Positions 42,301 through 53,059 of a DNA stretch of 64,000 nt are shown one piece after another (position 1 is the stretch's first letter; the number at the start of each line of letters is the position of its first letter). Source of the stretch: an uncultured delta proteobacterium (GTDB lineage: Bacteria; Desulfobacterota; Desulfobacteria; Desulfobacterales; Desulfosalsimonadaceae); the NCBI GenBank assembly GCA_963826785.1, contig CAWGYD010000008.1, positions 288,001-352,000 of the forward strand, given 5' to 3'. The translations under genes were made by a program, and so were the position numbers. The notes below the pieces were generated by a model that was given only the letters and a program-made list of their open reading frames with translations, made no database searches and was not told the origin of the DNA.

Positions 42301-42424
42301 GAGCATGCATGACGACCCTTCCATTGAAGAAAGAATGATGAGTGCCGGCGCCAGTGCCTATATATACAAGGCCGCCCCCTCGGATGAGCTTATTCAAACC
42401 ATACGGATGTCAATTAGGCGATAA
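39339..42424 (+). CDS. Hybrid sensor kinase: five PAS domains, HisKA_3, HATPase, C-terminal NarL-type receiver; frameshift near 41800
   Basis: ERRRIAMILHDDLQQ, FNIVKHA, then SDPGSGFD, FGLFN, LADDH, LMDISMP in the next frame. Confidence 0.85.
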
Positions 42425-42551
42425 AGTCCTGTTATCCTGAAGCGCTTCGGCTATGGACCGCCCGTATTGCTGGTTTCTTCAGTGGCGAGCCGGAACCATG
42501 GCTGTTTTACCAAAGTTTTCTGCTGTTTATCTTGATAATACTTCCCAAATT

Positions 42552-44081
42552 TCAGTTGATGCGACTAAGATTTTTCCCAATTCGCCACCGTCTTTTTCCA
42601 TTAATGAAACTCGTCACCATTTCTTTTATTTCCGTTAAGGCGATTAGCGCAAACCCCAGGGGGAAAATGCACAAAAACGGAATAGCCGGCCAGGTGTGCC
42701 GCAGCCAGGCGAAATGCAGGGGCATCAGGGTATAAACCAAAAAGGCGATACTGAATATCATCGGATAAAATGAGTTGGGCTGTGCGTTAAGAGGGCTGCA
42801 AGCCAGGGAACGGCCGCAAGAGCCGTACTTGGGCGTCCTTTTGAAAACGCCCCCTCTGGTTTTCCATCCCCGTATCGCTGCTGCGGAGAGCACGGGCGCC
42901 ATCCCGATGCTGAAGGCCGGCAGCAGAAGAATGGTCATCAAAGGCGCAGCGGAGCGGGCGGCCAGTCCATAGACCAGGTAGTAAAACAGGATGGCACCCC
43001 CCGAGAACATGAACAGGGGCAAATCGACCTGGATAATCTGCCAGGGCCCGATTCCCGACCGGCTGACCAGGACGGGGAAAAGGGTGAGCGTGACCAGAAA
43101 TCCGAGGACCCAGCAGAAGTTCGACAACAGATGAACGGCCGCCTCGATCTTGACCCGGGCCGGCAGGCGGGACCGGAAAAGAGAGAAGAGCAGCTTGCGG
43201 GCTGTCTGGATCGACCCGGTTCCCCAGCGCGCCTGCTGGCTCCGGAAATCGGCCAGGCGCACCGGCAACTCGGAGGGAACCTCCACCTGGTCCAGGTATA
43301 CAAACCGCCACCCCTTCAATTGGGCCCGGTAGCTCAAGTCCAGATCCTCAGTGAGTGTGTCGGACTGCCACCCACCGGCGGAAATAATGGCTTTGCGGCG
43401 CCAGACGCCGGCGGTTCCGTTGAAATTGAAGAAGAGCCCCCGGCTGCATCGCACCTGGTGTTCGATGCTGAAATGGGGGGCGAGCAGCAGGGCCTGGAGC
43501 CGCGTGAGCCAGGAATCGTCGGCGTTTAAAAAGCCCCACCGGGTCTGGACCATGCCCACCTCCGGTTTTGAGAAAAACGGGAGGGTCCGTTTCAGATAAT
43601 CGGCAGGGGGCACAAAATCGGAATCGAACACCGCAATGTATTGTCCTGCCGCCCGGTTCAGGCCCGCCGCCAGCGCGCCCGCCTTGAATCCTTCCCGGGT
43701 TTTGCGGCGAAGGACGCGGACGCTGATGCCCCTTTTCCGCCAGTATGCAGACCGCAGGTCCACAATCTGCCGCGTTTCATCATCGGAGTCGTCCAGAACC
43801 TGGATTTCCAGCCTGTCGGTGGGCCAGTCCAACCCGGCCGCCGCATCGATAATGCGCGCCGCCACCCGTGGCTCGTTGTAAAGGGGGATCTGGACCGATA
43901 CACAGGGGTATGCGTGCATCTCCGGTGCAGGCGGTCCGCATTTCCCATGCGTTTTTCGCAAATTCAGCCAGCATCCCAGCATCCAAAGCCGGTGGATGCC
44001 ATAAAGGCAAATGCCGAAAAGCCCTGCAAAATGCAAAACGACTGCGATGCGGATAAATGTGGTCACTGCGCCCGTTGTCAT
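42552..44081 (-). CDS. Membrane GT2 glycosyltransferase (cellulose synthase/CslA-like)
   Basis: QIPLYNE, VLDDS, GFKAGAL, FDSD, TEDLDLS, QARW. Confidence 0.9.
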   Translation of the reverse strand: MTTGAVTTFIRIAVVLHFAGLFGICLYGIHRLWMLGCWLNLRKTHGKCGPPAPEMHAYPCVSVQIPLYNEPRVAARIIDAAAGLDWPTDRLEIQVLDDSDDETRQIVDLRSAYWRKRGISVRVLRRKTREGFKAGALAAGLNRAAGQYIAVFDSDFVPPADYLKRTLPFFSKPEVGMVQTRWGFLNADDSWLTRLQALLLAPHFSIEHQVRCSRGLFFNFNGTAGVWRRKAIISAGGWQSDTLTEDLDLSYRAQLKGWRFVYLDQVEVPSELPVRLADFRSQQARWGTGSIQTARKLLFSLFRSRLPARVKIEAAVHLLSNFCWVLGFLVTLTLFPVLVSRSGIGPWQIIQVDLPLFMFSGGAILFYYLVYGLAARSAAPLMTILLLPAFSIGMAPVLSAAAIRGWKTRGGVFKRTPKYGSCGRSLACSPLNAQPNSFYPMIFSIAFLVYTLMPLHFAWLRHTWPAIPFLCIFPLGFALIALTEIKEMVTSFINGKRRWRIGKNLSRIN

Positions 44082-44200
44082 TGATAATTATGATCTAAAC
44101 CGAATATCGATTTAGAATTTCAATTTGAATTATTTAAATTTTTTATCTATTAAAATACGCACCGAATGGCAATGTAATTTTATCACTTCATGAAAAGAAT

Positions 44201-46021
44201 ATGATGCAGAAACCACGAAAGATCCGCGACACAAATGCCGGAGAGTCTCAAGAGTGCGTCGATTGCGGCCGGTGCGTGAAGGAATGCGCCTTCCTGGCCC
44301 GGTACGGCACCCCCGGCCAGGTCCTCAAAAACAGGGAGGCCGGCTCTCAGCTGGCGTTTGGCTGCAGCCTCTGTGGATTATGTACGTCCGTGTGCCCTGT
44401 GGATTTCGACCCGGCGGGGATGTTCCTGGAAATGCGGCGACAGGCGGTAAAAAAAGCGGGGGAGGTGCTTCCCGAGCACAAGGTCCTGCTGGCATATGAA
44501 CGCCGGGGCATGTCCAGGCGCTACACGTTCTATTCCCTTCCCGAAGGGTGCGACAGCGTGTTCTTCCCGGGGTGCACCCTGCCGGGGACCCGGCCGGAAA
44601 CCACGATTGCCGCTTTTGAAGCCCTGAAAAAAATGAAGCCCGCAACGGGCATTGTGCTGGACTGCTGCGGAAAGCCCTCCCATGACCTGGGCCGGACCGA
44701 ATTCTTTTCCGCCATGTTCGATGAAATGGCAAACTTCCTGTCAGGCGCAGGTGTCCGGCGCATCATCACCGCCTGCCCGAACTGCCACGCCATGTTTTCA
44801 AAACAGGGTGGAGCCTTTCGCGTCCAAACCGTTTACGAGGTCCTTGGCGCATCCGGCCGGCCGGCATCCGGGAAGGGGTGCCAAAGCGCGACGGTGACCG
44901 TCCATGACCCCTGCGTGCTGCGATTTGAGGCGGGTGTTCAGAATGCCGCCCGGGACCTGCTTGCCCAAAAAGGGCTTCAGATCGAAGAAATGGCCCACAG
45001 CCGAATAAATACCGTATGCTGCGGCGAGGGCGGGGCCGCAGGGTTTGTTCTGCCGGCGCATGCTGAAAACTGGGCCCGGATCCGCGAAGCCGAGGCCGCC
45101 GGCCGGACCGTGGTCACCTATTGTGCCGGGTGCGCGGGAAAGCTGAAAAAATATGTGCCAACCCTTCACCTGCTGGATGTCTTCTTTTTTAAAGAAACCG
45201 CCCTTGCCGGAAAAGCAAGGGTTTATCGACCACCCCTGACCTACTGGAACCGGATCAAATTGAAAAAGACCCTTAAAAAGAAATATCCGGCCGCGATTGC
45301 CCGGGAGCGCACCTTCACTGCGGACTCGCCAAAAATCAGACCCGCCGCTTTCAAAAAGTGGCTGCTTATCCTGGCCTTTGTCGCCCTGGTTGCCGGGGTT
45401 CAGATATCCGGAGCCGCCCGATTCCTCGAAGCCGGCGCTCTCGAAGATTGGGTCCACGGATTCGGCCCCTGGGCCCCGGCCATCTACATCCTTTTCTATG
45501 CCGCCGCCCCTGCCCTGTTTCTTCCCGGTCTTCCCATCACCATTGCAGGCGGCCTGCTCTTCGGTCCATTCTGGGGCGTGGTATACGCCATCACCGGCGC
45601 AACGGCCGGGGCATGCGCGGCCTTCATAATCGCCCGGTATGCCGCCCGGGACTGGGTGGTTTCAAAACTTTCCGGCCCGCGGTGGAAACGCCTGCATGCC
45701 GGCGTCGAATCCCAGGGGTGGAAAATCGTGGCCATCACCCGGTTGATCCCACTCTTTCCGTTCAACCTGCTCAATTATGCTTTCGGGGTTACCCGGGTCA
45801 GGTTTCTGACCTATGCCGTCACCTCGTTTATCTGCATGCTCCCCGCCTGCATCGCCTATATCGTCTTCGCCAGTTCATTGCCGGACCTCCTGGCCGGCAA
45901 TCTTTCGACCGGTCTGATTGCCGGGGTGGTGCTGATCGCCCTGGTGTCGGCGATACCGCTTGCATATCGCCGGTTTCGGGCAGGCAGGCGCCGGGAAGAG
46001 GTTGACGAACTCGCAGAATGA
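44201..46021 (+). CDS. Fe-S/CCG-domain oxidoreductase fused to a C-terminal VTT (DedA/TVP38) membrane domain
   Basis: CxxCxxCxxxC twice, FPGC, CCG, ACPNC, HDPC, CCG; RLIPLFPFNLLNYAFG. Confidence 0.85.
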   Translation: MMQKPRKIRDTNAGESQECVDCGRCVKECAFLARYGTPGQVLKNREAGSQLAFGCSLCGLCTSVCPVDFDPAGMFLEMRRQAVKKAGEVLPEHKVLLAYERRGMSRRYTFYSLPEGCDSVFFPGCTLPGTRPETTIAAFEALKKMKPATGIVLDCCGKPSHDLGRTEFFSAMFDEMANFLSGAGVRRIITACPNCHAMFSKQGGAFRVQTVYEVLGASGRPASGKGCQSATVTVHDPCVLRFEAGVQNAARDLLAQKGLQIEEMAHSRINTVCCGEGGAAGFVLPAHAENWARIREAEAAGRTVVTYCAGCAGKLKKYVPTLHLLDVFFFKETALAGKARVYRPPLTYWNRIKLKKTLKKKYPAAIARERTFTADSPKIRPAAFKKWLLILAFVALVAGVQISGAARFLEAGALEDWVHGFGPWAPAIYILFYAAAPALFLPGLPITIAGGLLFGPFWGVVYAITGATAGACAAFIIARYAARDWVVSKLSGPRWKRLHAGVESQGWKIVAITRLIPLFPFNLLNYAFGVTRVRFLTYAVTSFICMLPACIAYIVFASSLPDLLAGNLSTGLIAGVVLIALVSAIPLAYRRFRAGRRREEVDELAE

Positions 46022-46047
46022 GATGACCCGGCTGCGGCCATTCATGT

Positions 46048-47463
46048 TCAGGGAGAAACAGACATCAATCGGCCAAAAGCGGGGGCGGATGTTTTTGAAA
46101 ACTTTTTCGTAAAAAAAGCAATGGATGAGGCCGTCGCGGGCGCACCCCAGACCAGGGCGGTGGTCAGCAGATCCTGCTGCCAAACCCCCAGCAAAGAATA
46201 GGGGATCAGCACCCGGTAGGACAACAGAACGGAAAAAGAAGCGACCAGTCCCGCCGGCCCGGGAGAAAACGGCAGAAAGCCCGTGAGATAGAGCGCATAC
46301 CAGGGGTGCAGGGTGGGGGTAAGCAAAACATAGGCGAGGCAGATGCCATAGCAGGCATTGAAAGCGGATCTGACCCGCCCCGAAACGTCTTCTGCAAATT
46401 TTAAACGGCGGTAAAGCCGGGCATAAAGAATGCCGGAAGTGATGACAAATGCGACCAGTATGGCCATGCGCCGGATATCGGCGCTCCCTGTTGCATGGCG
46501 GAGCATTTGAAAGACCAGGCCTGAAAATTCCCAGTGCCGGACATACAGGGAAAGTGTGGGCAGGATGTTCCGGATGGCCGGCAGAAATGGCCATATCAGA
46601 AGCACGGCAAAGATGAATCCTGAAAACAGAAAAGCAGCCCTATGGCGCACAGGGCGGATCATCAGAAGGATCGCCGGCAGCAGCACCAGGGGGAAAAGCT
46701 TGGTGAGCACCGCCCCGGTCCAGCATGCGCCGGCAAGGCACGCAAAGGTCCATGATCGCGCCCGTTGCCCCAACGACCGGGTGATAAGCCAAAATGAGAA
46801 AAGGGTCAGGCAGAGACATGCCCCGTCGATGTGGCCGGAGCCGGCGATCTCGGCCGCGGGCAGCGGATGCCAGGCGTAGAGCAGCACGAACCAGGGCGAA
46901 ATTCCGGCCGTGCGCAAAAGGCTGATGATCAGCCAGCACGAGAATACATCGATTCCCGCCATAATCGCTTTCATGCCGGTGATGCCGCCTGTGAACGCGC
47001 CGGCGGCAAAGATCAGCTGTGCGGCCGGTGGGTAAATGGTGACCAGATGCGGGTGGTTGATCTGCGAAATCAGTGCGGCCATGGCGCCATTCGTCGACTG
47101 GACATGGAGAGGGGCCAGCCCGTAAGGGTTTTGGCCGGACAGCAGACGCATGCCGTCAAACACATACCGGTAGATGTCATCGGACAGGACCGGATCCTGA
47201 AATGCGAACACTGCCCGGATCGCGGCCGCTGTCAACAGCACCGCCGTTGCGGAGAAAGGGATGCGAAACCGGATCATTAAATAGGTTCCGGCCGCCACCA
47301 TAATCATGATCAGGGCATCAACGGCCAACCATTCGGGAACGCGGGCGGGCACGTTTAAGACAATTGCGGAAAGTGCATGGGAGAGGAAGATGAAAACACA
47401 GAAAAGAGGCACAATCCACCGGCTATCATGGCCTATTAACCTGTTCTGTATATTGCTGGTCAT
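46048..47463 (-). CDS. GT-C fold membrane glycosyltransferase (GT87-like); start uncertain
   Basis: LSDDIYRY..DG, NPY, TIYPP, YAWHPL, SGHID, TLHPWY. Confidence 0.8.
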   Translation of the reverse strand: MTSNIQNRLIGHDSRWIVPLFCVFIFLSHALSAIVLNVPARVPEWLAVDALIMIMVAAGTYLMIRFRIPFSATAVLLTAAAIRAVFAFQDPVLSDDIYRYVFDGMRLLSGQNPYGLAPLHVQSTNGAMAALISQINHPHLVTIYPPAAQLIFAAGAFTGGITGMKAIMAGIDVFSCWLIISLLRTAGISPWFVLLYAWHPLPAAEIAGSGHIDGACLCLTLFSFWLITRSLGQRARSWTFACLAGACWTGAVLTKLFPLVLLPAILLMIRPVRHRAAFLFSGFIFAVLLIWPFLPAIRNILPTLSLYVRHWEFSGLVFQMLRHATGSADIRRMAILVAFVITSGILYARLYRRLKFAEDVSGRVRSAFNACYGICLAYVLLTPTLHPWYALYLTGFLPFSPGPAGLVASFSVLLSYRVLIPYSLLGVWQQDLLTTALVWGAPATASSIAFFTKKFSKTSAPAFGRLMSVSP

Positions 47464-48264
47464 GGCATTTTATCTGTCCGACAACTGTTGTGGTGCGGAT
47501 ATCGGCATGATTGATGCCCAAGCCCTTCACTCCGGCCCGTCCGGCTGGGCGGTCCTGGACGCCCGGCCCGTGGACCGGTTTGCGGAAGGCCATATTCCCG
47601 GGGCGCTGCCGTTTTCATGGGAGAACCATACCAGAGTCGATGCCCGAAATATACCCTATCGTACATTTCCGCCGGAAGAGATGGCCCGGATACTCGGGGC
47701 CATGGGCATCAGTGAAACAACACCGGTGGTGATCTACGGGGATGCCGATACCAGCTGGGGGGAGAAGGCTGGTCCTGCTGGGTTTTTTCCTGGATCGGCC
47801 ACAAAGGGCCGGTACGGGTGATCGAGGGCGGCATCCAGGAGTGGACAAAGCATTATCCGCTGCAAACCGGAGGAGCATCACAGAAGCGCACCCCTGCGGT
47901 ATATAAATTTACTGTGGATAACCAAAGCTTGATCACCTGCCGGGAAATCAAGGCTGATCCTGCCTTGTTTACCCTGGTGGACACCCGGTCCTGGCTGGAG
48001 TGGATCAAGGGGTCCCTGCCGGGTGCGGTCCATATCCCCTGGACGGATTTTTACACCGGGGATACGCGGCAGCCGATCTCCGCATCGGCACTGTCCGGTT
48101 TGTTAAAAGAACATGGCGTATCTCTTGAAAAGCCCGTTGTCTATTTCTGCACCGGCGGCATCCGGTCCGGATACGCATGGATGGTGCATGAACTGGCCGG
48201 GCTTCCGCCTGCTTTAAATTTTGAGGGCGGTGTCGAGGCATGGCAACGGTTTCAAAAAAAATAG
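47390..48264 (+). CDS. Exported two-domain rhodanese/sulfurtransferase; frameshift near 47770
   Basis: LDARP, GHIPGA, VDTRS, catalytic CTGGIRS; ATG 47390 follows GAGAGGA. Confidence 0.8.
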
Positions 48265-48285
48265 CTGTCTCGAAATAACAGTCAC

Positions 48286-50070
48286 TTGATTATCGAAACC
48301 CATCGTTCATTTTTCACAGTCGCAGCGGCCGCAGTGCTTTTGTGGTGGGGAACGGCCTTTCTGGAAGGGACGCGCGCTTTCCCATTCCTGGCTGCGTTCC
48401 TGTGGGGGCTGACCCTTTTCCTGGTGATGCTTTTTCCCCGGCACCGGGATACAAGGGCTGACTGGACTTGGATTCTGATCCTGGCGTTTGCATGCCAGGC
48501 GGGAATACTCGTTTCTGAATTTGCCGGGAATGGCTTCGATTGGACGATCGTTGCGTCCCGAATGCTCGACGTTGTGACTGTGCTGTTTCTATCGGGTGTT
48601 CTGCTCCGGCGGGGGCTTCCGATGCGATGGGCCCTGCTCTATGCCTGCAATCCCCTGGCGATGCTTGCCCCCGGAAGTGGGGGCGCGTCGATCCTTGTTT
48701 TTTGGGTAACTGGCGCTTTATATCTCTACCATGCGGACAAGTGGCGCCTGATGTACCTGCTGCTGGGCGCGGGCGCTGCCACCTCGCCCCTCTTTATTGT
48801 CTTTGCCGGGTTTTACATCAACCGAAACAATATCCGGTACCTGGGATGGGTTCTTCCGGGCATGGGGGCTTTTCTATTTTTAATGATCACAGCCGGCATG
48901 CCCGCCCTTGTGGACGGCGGGATGCAGAATGTGGGTGAACCCGCCCTTTCCGGTCCTTTAGCTGTCCTGATTCCGGATTTTATCTTCCTTCAGCTTGTGA
49001 GCCGGCAGGTGCTGTTATGCCTCGCCCTGGCGCCGGCCCTCTGGCTTTTACATCCTGTCCGGCCCGGCCGGTTAAGGAATGACCCGGTGCCGGGCCTGTT
49101 TTTTGCCGCGGGGCTTATCCTTTTCACCACCCCCCGGGTGCTGCCGGCATTCTTTATGCTGCTCGCCCCTTTTATCGTGCTTTGCCCCAACGCCCTATGG
49201 TGCTTTTTCTACCTGGTTCTGTTTTTCCTGCCCCAGGTTCCGCCGGGTCCCAGCGAAGCGTGGTTTGCCCTCTGGTGGAGTCCCCTGTATGCCGCTGTTC
49301 TTCTGGCCGGGTTCTGCCAATGGAAGCGGTTTACGTCCGATATGCGCCCTTTCCCCTGCCGCAGCATTTCGGTGGTTATTCCGGCTTTGAATGAACAAGG
49401 GCATATCGGCTCCTGCATCGCCAGCATCCGCGCCGCTTGCCCCTCGGCCGAGGTCATCGTGGTGGACGGCGGGTCCTCCGACCTCACCCGGACCATCGCT
49501 CAGCAGAACGGCGCCCGTGTGGTGGTGAATGCCCGGCATTTTGAAAACGGCGGCGGCAGGGGCGGACAGATCCGGACGGGAGTTCACTGTGCCATTGGCG
49601 ATGTCGTTGCCGTGGTGCACGCGGACGCGCAAGTCCCGCAGGGCGCATTGAATCGGATGCTGGACGTGCTGAACAAAAACCCCGGCGTGGCGGGCGGCGT
49701 CCTGGGATGCCGGTTTAATGCCAAAAGCCCCTGCCTCACCCTGGTGGAGTGGCTAAATGATGTGCGGATGGCCTTTTTTGGCATCGGGTTCGGGGACCAG
49801 ATCCAGTTTTTCCGGCGACACCCGGTGGTGGACAACCAACTCTTACCGGCGATCCCTCTGATGGAGGATGTTGAGCTTTCGATCCGGCTGGCGGGCCTGG
49901 GCCGGCAGGTGCATCTGTTTGAAAAGGTAACGGTGTCCTCCCGGCGCTGGCAGCAGAAAGGGGCGACAAACGGCTTGATGGTCATCGGGCAGGTGGCGCT
50001 CTATCTGGTAAAACGTTTGCGGGGGGTGCCGGATACTGCCGGCATTTACAAACGGTATTATTCAGCGTGA
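48286..50070 (+). CDS. Polytopic membrane domain fused to a GT2 resembling the TIGR04283 family
   Basis: SVVIPALNE, VVDGGSSD, GRGGQ, HAD, FGDQ, PLMEDVEL, SSRRW. Confidence 0.75.
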   Translation: MIIETHRSFFTVAAAAVLLWWGTAFLEGTRAFPFLAAFLWGLTLFLVMLFPRHRDTRADWTWILILAFACQAGILVSEFAGNGFDWTIVASRMLDVVTVLFLSGVLLRRGLPMRWALLYACNPLAMLAPGSGGASILVFWVTGALYLYHADKWRLMYLLLGAGAATSPLFIVFAGFYINRNNIRYLGWVLPGMGAFLFLMITAGMPALVDGGMQNVGEPALSGPLAVLIPDFIFLQLVSRQVLLCLALAPALWLLHPVRPGRLRNDPVPGLFFAAGLILFTTPRVLPAFFMLLAPFIVLCPNALWCFFYLVLFFLPQVPPGPSEAWFALWWSPLYAAVLLAGFCQWKRFTSDMRPFPCRSISVVIPALNEQGHIGSCIASIRAACPSAEVIVVDGGSSDLTRTIAQQNGARVVVNARHFENGGGRGGQIRTGVHCAIGDVVAVVHADAQVPQGALNRMLDVLNKNPGVAGGVLGCRFNAKSPCLTLVEWLNDVRMAFFGIGFGDQIQFFRRHPVVDNQLLPAIPLMEDVELSIRLAGLGRQVHLFEKVTVSSRRWQQKGATNGLMVIGQVALYLVKRLRGVPDTAGIYKRYYSA

Positions 50071-50108
50071 CAAAGATGCGGGACTGCATCCGGCCCATCG
50101 GGCTGAAG

Positions 50109-50140
50109 CATGGAGGGGCCGTTGAAACGGCCCCTCCATG
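50109..50140. terminator. 15-bp perfect hairpin between convergent genes
   Basis: CATGGAGGGGCCGTT-GA-AACGGCCCCTCCATG. Confidence 0.65.
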
Positions 50141-50170
50141 AGAATGATCGGTTGAACCGATCGGCAAAGG

Positions 50171-53046
50171 TTATTCGGTTACCGGCAGGTTCGGATACTC
50201 GTCGGTGACAGGGTTGAGATTGCTTTCCGGCCCCATGCTCCATTCGAACCAGGAACTGTCGAAATTGCTGATCTGAGGGTAGCCCATAATGTAGGCACTA
50301 AACCAGGCCAGGCTGGAGCGCCAGGCCGTGCCGCAATAAAAGCTCAGATGCTGATCTGTCGTCAGTCCCTGAGAATTCCACCAGGGATAAATCTTGTCCG
50401 GCGCAAGCGTGCCATCGTCATTGAGATAATCTTTCATACCGGACGTTCCTGTGCCGGCCTTGCCCCAGACCGCGCCGGGAACCCGTCCGCTGGTGGGGAT
50501 ATAGCTGTAGGGGGCGGTTTTGCCGGTATATTCGTCCCAGGTACGGATATCCACGATCCGGGCATTGTCTATGTCCCCATTGACCACATCGCGCACATAG
50601 GGAATGTCCACCTTGTATTCGGGATGAATGGCGGTGGTGCGGCCGGGATCATCCGGATCAAAAAATTCCACGGGCCTCCGGACACCGGCGATCGTTTCCA
50701 GTTCATATCCGGCGCCGGTCCAGGCGCTCTTGCCGCCATTCAGGAAACGGACATCCTCGACACCTGCGTACATCAGGGTCCAGAGCACACGGGCGGCGGC
50801 CGACGCACTGCCGTAGACAACCACCGTGGTGTTTTTGTCGATTCCCATGTAGGCAATGGCCGGCAGCAGGTATTCGTCCGGATAGATATTCCACCAGTTG
50901 CGCGGGAGCGCGTCGTCCGGGCCGAGTCCCTTGGCGGCATCCTCCTCCTCGGTGGTGCTGCGGTCCCAGCAGGCCGGTTCGCCCGCATCCACGGGCCAGT
51001 CGTTTCTCGGGTTGAAGCAGTCGTACTCGATTTCATCCGTGTTCACCCAGATGGCTTCCGGGACATGGCCGCCATTATAGGAGTCCGGCGCCGGGCCCCA
51101 CCCGGTTTCCACGATCACATAAGGATGTGCCGTCATTGCTGTTATCGATCATCTCCTTAACCCATTTCGCGTCAACCAGTTCTGTCCGTATGTCCCGTTT
51201 CCCTGGGATTGTCGTAGATAGGACCATTGGAACCATCCCGCCGTCAAAGTTGGCGGCCGGCCATCCCAGGAGATAGGCATAAAACGTATACTGGCCTGAC
51301 CGCCACCCCGTGCCGCAATAAAAATACATCTTTTTATCCGGTGAAAAACCGGAATCCTGTCCAGTTCATGCTGCAACTCGGTAAAATCCCTAAGGGACTG
51401 GATGTCGGCGCTGGCCAATGCCACCCAGTCTCCGATCCACTGTGCGGTTTTGATGCGGCCAATTCATTAAAATACTGGTAGTAGGAATTTGAAGAGCCCG
51501 TGAATTCCGCCCAGCTCCCGGTCGTCCACGATCACGGCATTGGTGATTGGTGCCGTCAATGACATCGTTTAAATGTCATCGGTGGTGGCAAGGTACTGGG
51601 GGTTGCCAGGAGCAGCCGCCGAAATCCACCGGGGCCAAGCAGTTTGGTGCTGTCTCCACCCGGTCTCCGCCGTAGGCCACCCAGGCGTCATAGCTGCCGT
51701 TCAAGATCCGGACATCATCGACGCCCGCCAAGAGCAGTGCCCAGGCGATCCGTCCCGCGGTCATCATGCGAAATGTCATCATCCGCATACACCACAACGG
51801 TCTTGTATCTTTGAATCCCCAGGCCGCCGAAAAAGGCTTGGAGTTCCGATGGGCTTTGACATTGCCTTCCTCAGGATACACGTAGCCATCTCCATACTCC
51901 GAATTCGGACCGTTTTCGATGGAATAGGTATCCATGAAAATCGCACCGGGGATATGCCCGTCCGTTGCATAAGGTAGTTCCCCCGATAATCGGATACCGT
52001 TGTTTCGCTATAGCGGGGCTCACCATGAGGTAAACAGGATCACGTATCCATTGCCCGGATAGGTGGGCGGATTTTCCCCCTTGATCAGCGGCATTCACCC
52101 ATCCCGGGTACACCAGCGCCTGGTAGTTCGCAAGCTTCTCCATGGGATAGGCACCCGCATCGGCCGCGGCCCAGTCCCAGATGGAGGCGTCAAAATTGGC
52201 GACACGATCGTAGCCCATCAGCCGGCAGACAAAATAGGCGTAGGCACTGCGGATGCCGGCGGTGCAGTAGGGGACCACCTCCTTGCCCGCTGTGACCCCC
52301 CTGGATTCAAAAAGCGCCTTCATGGCCGTGTAGTCGAGAATGGTCTTGTCCGGGGCGAAATAGTGTTCGTACTGCAGGTGCGCCGCACCAGTGATATGGC
52401 CGCCCCGCTTTTCGCCATAAAGGGTCCAGCCGTTGTACTCCTCGTCGGTCCGGGTGTCGACGATCACAAAATCCGAGTCATTCATCCGCTCGGCGATATG
52501 CTCCTTGTTTGTGACCACGCTGTCATTGACGTCTGCTGCAAATTTTGTGTGCTTTAAGGTTTGGACGGCGGTTTCCGGCGTGTTGCCCTCGGCGATCCAC
52601 TTGTCCCAGCCGCCGTCCAGGATGCGGACATTGGGGCATCCCAGGTACTCGAACATCCAGAACAGCCGTCCGGCGGCCCCCCAGGAGGCGGTGGTGTCAT
52701 CATAGATGATCATCCAGGTGTCGCGGCTGATGCCGGCCTCCCCCAGCTGTGTTTCCAGTTCATCCACCGGTTTCAGATTCGTTTCCGAATCGACAAATCC
52801 CTGCCAGGGCATGCTCAATGCGCCCGGAATATGGCCGGCACTGTAGGCATCCGCGCTTCGGGCGTCCAGTATCACCACGCCGCTTTCGGACAGATTCGAG
52901 GCATTGGCCAGAAGCCCGCCGTTGGGGTATCCTTTGGCCGTGGGATCGACGGTGTGCTTGACGGTGGTGCTTGACTCGTTGCATCCCGCCAGGGCTAAAA
53001 GGGAGAGGCAAATGAAGACAATCCATGACCGTGACTTTAAACGCAT
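50171..53046 (-). CDS. Large multi-rhodanese lipoprotein (about three tandem pairs, YnjE-like); several frameshifts at 51.1-52.1 kb
   Basis: Lipobox LLALAGC; active loops CTAGIRS, CGTGWRS and CGTAWRS in successive ORF pieces. Confidence 0.75.
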
Positions 53047-53059
53047 GTGTTCCTCCTTC

